A stretch of DNA of 64,000 nt from Candidatus Falkowbacteria bacterium. GTDB lineage: Bacteria > Patescibacteriota > Patescibacteriia > CAIXNZ01. Below are positions 7,592 through 15,963 of the stretch, one piece after another. The position numbers and the translations under genes were made by a program. A model generated the notes under the pieces. That model was not told the DNA's origin. It saw only the letters and a list, made by a program, of their open reading frames with translations, and made no database searches. Every line of letters begins with the position of its first letter. Positions within the stretch are counted from its first letter, which is position 1. Location: assembly GCA_016927685.1 (NCBI GenBank), contig JAFGMD010000024.1, forward strand, positions 7,314-71,313, in the 5' to 3' direction.

Positions 7592-9895
7592 TTACGCTGG
7601 TCTTTTTTCTTCTTCATCGTTAATATCCTCTTCTGTTTCATCTTCTGGTAGTTCTAATTCCTCACCTTCTTCATCATCATCGCTTATTTCTTTCTCCTCG
7701 CCATCTTCTATCTCTTCTTCGTCAGAAGACAATTCAGCTTCATTTTCATCAACCTCTTTCTCGGTTATTAAAATTTCTCTTGGTTTTGCGCCCTCACCCG
7801 GACCGACAATACCTGCTTCTTCTAATAAATCCATCAAGCGGGCTGCGCGAGCATAACCAACTTTTAACCGTCTTTGCAAAAATGAAGTGGAGGCCTTGCC
7901 TGCCTGTAAAATAATTTCCTTTGCCTCCTCAAATAATTCATCGCCCTGATCTGGATCTGAAAAATCAACACTGCCATCTCCATTAAAAGATTTTTGCTTT
8001 TCAACTACTGAAGTATCGTAATCTGGCTTCTCTCCGCTTTCCTTTAAATAATTAACCACACGATTTATTTCTGGGTCTGATAGAAATGCCCCCTGTAAAC
8101 GTTTTGGTTTAGAAAGTTCAGCGCTAGTATATAGCATATCGCCCCTGCCAAGGAGTTTTTCTGCACCAGCATAATCTAATATGGTTCTAGAATCAGTAAT
8201 AGATGCTACGGCAAAGGCAATTCTGCCTGGTATATTAGCTTTGATTAAGCCAGTGATAACTTCAACAGATGGTCTTTGCGTTGCCAGAACTAAATGGATG
8301 CCGACAGCACGAGACATTTGAGCTAAGCGTATAATCAGTCCCTCAACTTCATGGCCCATGCTAGACATTAAATCTGCCATTTCATCTACTACAAAAACAA
8401 TGTATGGCATTTTCTCTTGTGAAATCTTGTTAAAATCATCAATATTTCTTTTACCCATCTTTTCCAAAACAATATAGCGCCTATCCATTTCCGCGATTGT
8501 CCATTTTAAAGCATTGACGGTTTTTTTAACATCAGTAATCACGGGAGTAAGTAGATGAGGAATTTCATTATATAAAGGCATTTCCACACGTTTAGGATCT
8601 ACTATAATAAATCTTAAAGTATCTGGCCCATTTTGATACAACAAACTTGTGATCACAGTATGTAAACAAACTGATTTGCCTGAACCAGTTTGACCAGCGA
8701 CTAATAAATGAGGCATTTTACCCAAGTCAGCCACCCATGTATTGCCTGCCACATCGCGCCCCAAAGGTATAGTGAGCATAGTTTTGCGTTGTTTAAACTC
8801 TGAGCTTTCTAATAATTCTCTTAAGCGTACAATTGCCACTGATTGATTTGGCACTTCAATGCCAACCAATGATTTGCCCGGAATGGGCGCCTCAATTCTT
8901 AGGGGGTGAGCAGCTAAGGCCAGGGCTAAATCATCTTGTAGCGCCGTGATTCTGGAAAGCTTAACTCCTTCTGCTGGTTTTAAAGTATATTGCGTAACAG
9001 TCGGCCCAACACTAATTTCTCCCATTTCCACGGGAATACCAAAACTTTCTAAAGTTTTTTGGATAATTTGTTTATTGGCAGCAATATTCCCAGATGTCGG
9101 CTTGCTAAATTTGTCATCCAACAAATTTAAGGGCAAATCTATTTTACGAAATACGCGCCTTGTTTTTGGTTCGTCTAGCTTATATTCTTCTTTAGGCGAT
9201 TCTTTTTGCCTTGATTCAACTTTCTTGCTGGCAAAAGCAATGTCTTTTTCTTCAGCGTCTTTTTCCTCCTCTGGCTGCACCTCTGGTTCTTGCTCTTCAT
9301 ACTCATCTTCGGGCCTGCGCGCTAATTTTAATTTCACATGATAGTACCAAATAGAGAGGCGGTCAAAAATTTTGCCTAAAACCGTGCCTGACTCTTTCAG
9401 ATTCTCAACTGAATCATTTATTATTAATAAAATTGAAATTATAAAAATAGCAACTAAGGTTATTAGCGTAGCCCAAAAACCCATAATGTTTTGCAAACTA
9501 TAACTCAAAAATAATCCAAAATATCCGCCGCCTTTACCCTCATCAACCGCCAAAACCGCATCGGGAAGGGGAATGGCTAAATGAAAAAGCGCAGTTAAAC
9601 TTAAAACAAAAAATAATAAACCAATATAGCTGGCGGCGTTTACTTTTTCCTTCTTAAATAATTTCCAACCCCATAAAACTAAAATGACAGGAAATATATA
9701 CTTAGTCCAGCCCAAAAACAATGCCAAGACCTTGTCTATTTCTTCACCTGCTCGCCCTGCTAAATTAAACAAGCCGAGCAAAGAGATGCCGGCTATTGCA
9801 AATAAAAAGATAATAAATATCCATTTTTTTGTTTCTGGATGAATTTCAGTTCGTCTAACTCCGTTACGGTTATTCTTATTTTTGTTTTTTGTCAT
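7592..9895 (-). CDS. ftsK: DNA translocase FtsK
   Basis: N-terminal TM helices, MPHLLVAGQTGSGKS, LATQRPS, gamma domain LQRRLKVGYARAARLMD. Confidence 0.97.
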   Translation of the reverse strand: MTKNKNKNNRNGVRRTEIHPETKKWIFIIFLFAIAGISLLGLFNLAGRAGEEIDKVLALFLGWTKYIFPVILVLWGWKLFKKEKVNAASYIGLLFFVLSLTALFHLAIPLPDAVLAVDEGKGGGYFGLFLSYSLQNIMGFWATLITLVAIFIISILLIINDSVENLKESGTVLGKIFDRLSIWYYHVKLKLARRPEDEYEEQEPEVQPEEEKDAEEKDIAFASKKVESRQKESPKEEYKLDEPKTRRVFRKIDLPLNLLDDKFSKPTSGNIAANKQIIQKTLESFGIPVEMGEISVGPTVTQYTLKPAEGVKLSRITALQDDLALALAAHPLRIEAPIPGKSLVGIEVPNQSVAIVRLRELLESSEFKQRKTMLTIPLGRDVAGNTWVADLGKMPHLLVAGQTGSGKSVCLHTVITSLLYQNGPDTLRFIIVDPKRVEMPLYNEIPHLLTPVITDVKKTVNALKWTIAEMDRRYIVLEKMGKRNIDDFNKISQEKMPYIVFVVDEMADLMSSMGHEVEGLIIRLAQMSRAVGIHLVLATQRPSVEVITGLIKANIPGRIAFAVASITDSRTILDYAGAEKLLGRGDMLYTSAELSKPKRLQGAFLSDPEINRVVNYLKESGEKPDYDTSVVEKQKSFNGDGSVDFSDPDQGDELFEEAKEIILQAGKASTSFLQRRLKVGYARAARLMDLLEEAGIVGPGEGAKPREILITEKEVDENEAELSSDEEEIEDGEEKEISDDDEEGEELELPEDETEEDINDEEEKRPA

Positions 9896-10007
9896 AAATA
9901 ATTGAAAAATTAAGAGGATAATCGCCCCTTTTGTACTAGAATTTTATCATAAAAATATCGTTTTGGCAAAATAAAAAAATAGCTGTTACTTATGCTATTT
10001 TCCTTAT

Positions 10008-10080
10008 AGCGGGTGAGCGGAATCGAACCGCCATCCTCAGCTTGGAAGGCTGATATAATAAACCATTATACGACACCCGC
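10008..10080 (-). tRNA. tRNA-Gly(TCC)
   Basis: Cloverleaf GCGGGTG...TCAGC-CTTCCAA-GCTGA...GGTTCGATTCC...CACCCGCT. Confidence 0.92.
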
Positions 10081-10216
10081 CCAGTTAAAAGTTTATGTAA
10101 TCCGTAACCTATTCCATAGAACATCAATGCGGGTATTTTATACACAAAACTTATTTACACATATACTTTTAACTATGGGTACGCGCACGGACAACATTAA
10201 TTTTGAACAAAAGGAG

Positions 10217-10270
10217 TCGGGCTGGTGGGACTTGCCCGCCGAAGGCGGGTCCGCCTCTGGCGAAAACCCA
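10217..10270 (-). pseudogene. Duplicated 3' end of tRNA-Pro interrupted by a 30-nt GC-rich hairpin insertion
   Basis: tcgggctggtgggacttg (identical to 10284..10301) + cccgccgaaggcgggtccgcctctggcgaa + aaccca. Confidence 0.8.
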
Positions 10271-10283
10271 TCATCCGCAACAT

Positions 10284-10357
10284 TCGGGCTGGTGGGACTT
10301 GAACCCACGATCTTCTGGTCCCAAACCAGACGCGATAGCCAACTTCGCTACAGCCCG
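10284..10357 (-). tRNA. tRNA-Pro(TGG)
   Basis: CGGGCTG...TCTGG-TTTGGGA-CCAGA...GGTTCAAGTCC...CAGCCCGA. Confidence 0.92.
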
Positions 10358-10434
10358 ATGCACAACAAGAGATATGATTAATAAGCAAGAGTATCTTTTA
10401 CTGTTGCTACAACTCAAATCTCATTACTGATTAG

Positions 10435-10506
10435 TGCCAAGGGGGAGAATCGGACTCCCGACGCAAGGATTTTCAGTCCTTCGCTCTACCACTGAGCTAC
10501 CTTGGC
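10435..10506 (-). tRNA. tRNA-Phe(GAA)
   Basis: GCCAAGG...AAGGA-CTGAAAA-TCCTT...CCTTGGCA. Confidence 0.92.
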
Positions 10507-10514
10507 TTAAATAG

Positions 10515-10871
10515 TGGGCGTGGATGGAATCGAACCATCGACCTCGTCATTACCTGCCCCGCACTAAATCATGTGCGCGTGGATGGAATCGAACCATCGA
10601 CCTCGTCATTATCAGTGACGCGCTCTAACCATCTGAGCTACACGCGCATGTATTTGATCGAAAAATTTAGAATTTTAGTGCGGGGTCAGTGACCGACCCC
10701 AAATTTTTAAAGCAGTGACCCCGCACCAATGCTTCGCATTGTGCGGGGCGCAGCGCGCTCTAACCCGCCTCGACGAGCTGACTCGTCTCAGCTCGCTTGG
10801 GCGAAGCACAGCGAGGGGGACATCTGCCTGCCCGCCGAAGCACAAAGTGCATAGGCGGGAGCTATACACCC
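10515..10871 (-). pseudogene. Outer tRNA-Ile(GAT) split into five pieces by four hairpin insertions
   Basis: Pieces 10860..10871, 10821..10826, 10755..10764, 10686..10693 and 10515..10552 join to GGGTGTATAGCT|CAGATG|GTTAGAGCGC|GTCACTGA|TAATGACGAGGTCGATGGTTCGATTCCATCCACGCCCA, a complete tRNA-Ile. Confidence 0.8.
10574..10647 (-). tRNA. tRNA-Ile(GAT), intact, nested inside the insertion at 10553..10685
   Basis: GCGCGTG...CGTCA-CTGATAA-TGACG...GGTTCGATTCC...CACGCGCA with a perfect acceptor stem. Confidence 0.93.
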
Positions 10872-10892
10872 AAAAACCATATCAATAAGAGC

Positions 10893-10955
10893 ATTATAAC
10901 AAAAAAAATCGGCTTAATCAAGATCTAATTGATATTAAATAAGCCGATTTTTTTT
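10893..10955 (-). promoter_or_regulatory. 16S terminator hairpin overlapping a promoter for the tRNA cluster
   Basis: aaaaaaaatcggctta...taagccgatttttttt (10901..10955); TTGATT(10921)-17-TATAAT(10898) on the minus strand. Confidence 0.6.
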
Positions 10956-11065
10956 AAATTGCATCTTCAACCGCTAAAAAGTGATAGAATCAAAATCCAA
11001 AAATTTGTTTCGTTAGAAACAACCGACCGAATAGAGCGGACTTTCGTCGCGCTCATATACTCCTT

Positions 11066-12566
<1,501 letters not shown>

Positions 12567-12636
12567 ATGGTGATAAGGTTCACCATAACAACCTTCCCCA
12601 GTTGGGGAAATAAGGAATTGATTCTATCACTTTTTA

Positions 12637-12851
12637 GTTGTCAAAGAAGAAAAAACAGGGAAATCCATTGTCTCCAAAATTATACCTGAGTATTTTTTAG
12701 AGATCGAATTTCTCTGTTTTTTCTCCTCCCCATCGGAGCTGTTGCAAAGATGGGATATCTTTGAAAAATTAAATTTTTATTGTCTTTTTTGAGAACTTAG
12801 TAAAGTTATTTTTGATACTAGCATTATAAACTTTATTATTTAAGCTGTCAA
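12637..12851 (-). promoter_or_regulatory. rRNA promoter and leader with boxA-like element
   Basis: TTGACA(12851)-17-TATAAT(12828); TTCTTTGACAAC at 12637..12648 resembles rrn boxA. Confidence 0.7.
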
Positions 12852-12894
12852 GAGGATTGACCTGTTATCTATATACAGCTTTTACACAATAAAC

Positions 12895-13539
12895 TCACGA
12901 CATTTTTTTGCGTTTCTCTCGCCATTCTCTAATTTTCCCGTGGTGACCGGATAAAAGAATCCTTGGCACTTTCCAGCCCTTAAAATTTTCCGGCTTTGTA
13001 TATTGAGGATATTCTAATTCTTTTTCTTTACTAAATGATTCGTCTTTTGGTGATTCTAAATTACCAAGTACGCCCGGCAATAGGCGAGTAATCCCGTCAA
13101 TCAAAACCATAGCTGGGATTTCACCGCCAGTTAGCACATAATTGCCAATGGAAATTTCTTCGTCTGCTATTTTTTCTGCTACGCGATTATCAACTCCTTC
13201 GTAACGACCGCAAATCATGATCAGCTGGTCATATTTTTTTAGCCGTCTCAAATCTTTTTGCGTCAGCGTTTTGCCGTGTGCGGAAAATAAAATAACTCGG
13301 CTCTTCTTTTTTCTTTTTATGCTTTTAAGCGCCTTGAAAATCGGCTCGATTTTTAAAATCATGCCAGCGCCGCCGCCATAAGGCGTGTCATCAACTGATT
13401 TATATTTATTACCTGCATAATGGCGTAAGTCAGTTATTTTAATCTGAATTAATTTCTTCAACTGCGCCCGTTTAACCATGGCCTTGGCAAAATATGAGTC
13501 AAAGATATCAGGGAAGATTGTAATGATGTTGAATAACAT
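12895..13539 (-). CDS. trmD: tRNA (guanine37-N1)-methyltransferase
   Basis: VDDTPYGGGAGM, CGRYEGVD, SIGNYVLTGGE, LEYPQYTKP. Confidence 0.97.
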   Translation of the reverse strand: MLFNIITIFPDIFDSYFAKAMVKRAQLKKLIQIKITDLRHYAGNKYKSVDDTPYGGGAGMILKIEPIFKALKSIKRKKKSRVILFSAHGKTLTQKDLRRLKKYDQLIMICGRYEGVDNRVAEKIADEEISIGNYVLTGGEIPAMVLIDGITRLLPGVLGNLESPKDESFSKEKELEYPQYTKPENFKGWKVPRILLSGHHGKIREWREKRKKMS

Positions 13540-13577
13540 TGGGATATGAAATAAGTAATACGAAATAAGAATTGGTA

Positions 13578-13949
13578 TTATTTATTTTTAATTGTGATTT
13601 TTATTAAATTATTTAATTTTGCATTCAAAAAGTCGAGTTTATTTATTAAATCGCTTTGGTCTTTTTCTGATAAAATTTCACGTTCATACAATAAATTTGT
13701 CCAATGTTTGGATTCAAACAAAGAAGCTCTAGCATTATAATAAAATTTCGCTTTATCTAAAAAATGATAACGACCGTATCCCTCAGCCACATTGGCGCCA
13801 ATTGAATCCACGGCAGTGATATATTGGCGGCCAAAAATATATTTCATTTCTGAATTTAAAGAATTATAAATATTCCATATTGATCTGGATAATTCTCTGG
13901 CGATTTGATAAACCTCTAAATCTTCTAATTTTAAATATTTATTTTCCAT
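13578..13949 (-). CDS. Four helix bundle protein (23S rRNA IVS protein / Avd-like family)
   Basis: LEDLEVYQIAREL...QYITAVDSIGANVAEGYGR...FYYNARASLFE; flanked by inverted heptamer arrays at 13541..13577 and 13950..13986. Confidence 0.9.
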   Translation of the reverse strand: MENKYLKLEDLEVYQIARELSRSIWNIYNSLNSEMKYIFGRQYITAVDSIGANVAEGYGRYHFLDKAKFYYNARASLFESKHWTNLLYEREILSEKDQSDLINKLDFLNAKLNNLIKITIKNK

Positions 13950-14049
13950 TCCGTATTACATATTTCCTATTTCTTATTACACCAATTATATCATTAAATA
14001 AAAACTCCGCGAAAAAGTTGCGGAGGTTTTTAAGTTATATGTTAATAAA

Positions 14050-14802
14050 TTATAATAATGGCCTGGCAAATGGATAACTGTAAATTATTGAATCGTCAAA
14101 ATATGTAATACCTAATTTATAATTTACACCCTTTAATTGAATAGCCTTTTCTTCGGTAATTGGCCTTAGCGCAGGGTTTTCATCGTTTGGATTGATATAA
14201 TACAAGGAAGTATCGGTTACGCCCTGGACTATTAGCCCCTTAAGTTCTGCGATTCCTGGCATATCTGTAAAAACTGTTTTACCATTATCCAACATTAAAA
14301 TATGATAAACTTTAGTAATTTCGGGATTAACATTAGGTAAATTTTTATAATATTCTTGTGCTGTAATTTTAACCCCGTCAATTAAGCGCTGTGCACAGAC
14401 CGGGGTGATACGAACTTTAGGTTCAAGAGTATAGCGGCCTGTCGCAAAAATTTCAGCATTTTGACATAGCTGATTGTCGTATATAGTGTTACTTATTACT
14501 GCATTTGGTTCATCATTGACTATGGAGATTGGGTTTTCAGTCATTTCTTCGGCTATTACACTAGGCAGATAAAATATTTTTTCTAAATTAGTAGCCTCAA
14601 TGAATCCGCTTAAATATGAGGGGGAATTAGGAATATCATGAAAATGATATTCTCCATTTGCTAAACCATATATTAAGCAGTCTTTTTCACATTCATGACC
14701 GCCATACTGATCAAGCTGTCCCGGACTTGCCAAAACTACTCCTGGAACAAGCAAAGCGCAAAAAATAATTGCAAAAAATAATGTTTTTTTCATATATTTC
14801 AA
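14050..14802 (-). CDS. Exported protein with YHYH-like N-terminal motif
   Basis: Signal peptide, then SPGQLDQYGGHEC...GEYHFH. Confidence 0.6.
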   Translation of the reverse strand: MKYMKKTLFFAIIFCALLVPGVVLASPGQLDQYGGHECEKDCLIYGLANGEYHFHDIPNSPSYLSGFIEATNLEKIFYLPSVIAEEMTENPISIVNDEPNAVISNTIYDNQLCQNAEIFATGRYTLEPKVRITPVCAQRLIDGVKITAQEYYKNLPNVNPEITKVYHILMLDNGKTVFTDMPGIAELKGLIVQGVTDTSLYYINPNDENPALRPITEEKAIQLKGVNYKLGITYFDDSIIYSYPFARPLL

Positions 14803-14923
14803 TTAATTTTATAGTGCTTTTAAATTATCAAATAATCGAATATGACGCAAGTGGAAATATTGAGGATAAAAAAAGAAAAAAGCCCTGTTTCACGGGACCT
14901 TTTTCTTTATTATCTAATAAATT

Positions 14924-15241
14924 TTAGATCTTTAAATCGTCAACGACATCTGTGTCAACATCTGCAGATCTGCGAGGGCGTTTTGAACCCTCTGGTTCAT
15001 TAATCTTCAGGTTAACACGTGCATTGTTTTTAGCGCCAATAATTTTTAAAAGAGTACGAATGGCGCGGGCAGTATTGCCTCTTTTGCCGATAACATAGCC
15101 GATATCGGCGGGGTTGATGTTCAGGGTCAATAAGACGCCCATTTCATCAACTTTTCTGTCAACTTTCACATCGCTGGGGTTACCAACAATGTTCTTGACA
15201 ATGTACTCAACAAATTCTACCTCTGGATGTTTTTCTGCCAT
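14924..15241 (-). CDS. khpA: KH-domain RNA-binding protein (KhpA/YlqC family)
   Basis: DIGYVIGKRGNTARAIRTLL; located downstream of rpsP. Confidence 0.88.
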   Translation of the reverse strand: MAEKHPEVEFVEYIVKNIVGNPSDVKVDRKVDEMGVLLTLNINPADIGYVIGKRGNTARAIRTLLKIIGAKNNARVNLKINEPEGSKRPRRSADVDTDVVDDLKI

Positions 15242-15437
15242 AGGTTTGAAACCTTCTCGTCTTTTAATCGTGAAACCGATTAAAAGCTTAATTTTTAAAC
15301 TGCAATCCTCAAAATCCGAGGATCATCCGTTTTTTGCGGATGATATTATTATATCATATCTGAAGTAATTGTCAACTCCGATTTATGTCTAAATTTAAAA
15401 ACGCCAGAAATAATGAGGCGTTTTTATGTATAAAGTG

Positions 15438-15803
15438 TTAAACTTTAGGTGTTGGTGCTGACTCTGCTGTAGGAGTAACGGGCACTTCTGGTTTTTTTGC
15501 CTCACCTTGTTCTTTTTTAATCTTTTCCTGTCGTTTTTTTGATATCTTAGATACTTTCTGCTTTTTGCCTTCAACCAAACCCTTGTCTACTAAAAGATTC
15601 CAAATAGTCGCGCTTGGCTCGGCACCCTTGTCTAACCAATATTTTATTCTATCAGCTTCTAATTTCAATTCCTTGGTTCGGGGATTATAAAAGCCTAAAT
15701 TTTCTAAATATGACCCCCAGGGATCTTTAGTTTTTTCGCAGACAATTAGCCTAAAAGTTGGTTCTTTTGTCTTGCCTTTTCGTGAAAGTTTAATAGCGAG
15801 CAT
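15438..15803 (-). CDS. rpsP: 30S ribosomal protein S16
   Basis: MLAIKLSRKGK...ENLGFYNP...KYWLDKGAEPSAT. Confidence 0.95.
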   Translation of the reverse strand: MLAIKLSRKGKTKEPTFRLIVCEKTKDPWGSYLENLGFYNPRTKELKLEADRIKYWLDKGAEPSATIWNLLVDKGLVEGKKQKVSKISKKRQEKIKKEQGEAKKPEVPVTPTAESAPTPKV

Positions 15804-15963
15804 AGTAAAATAAAAAAATTAACTCAGTAGTTAAAGTTATTTAATATTTATAATATTATAGTATTGAGTATAAAAAGTCAAGAATAAATCTAAGATAAGC
15901 TAAAAGTGTTGACAAATTAAGTTTTTTATGCTATAATTAGATGAATTTGATAATATTTAAAAT

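Noticed and set aside
7592-7760. Long acidic tail on FtsK
   Set aside because: Low-complexity extension with no repeat or motif that supports a specific function
10553-10685. Anticodon-loop insertion as a group I intron
   Set aside because: It ends in G, but the 5' exon ends in A rather than U, and apart from the nested tRNA only about 60 nt remain, leaving no room for a P3-P7 catalytic core
13578-13949. Diversity-generating retroelement, suggested by the Avd-like protein
   Set aside because: No reverse transcriptase and no TR/VR pair with adenine-specific mismatches seen in the window
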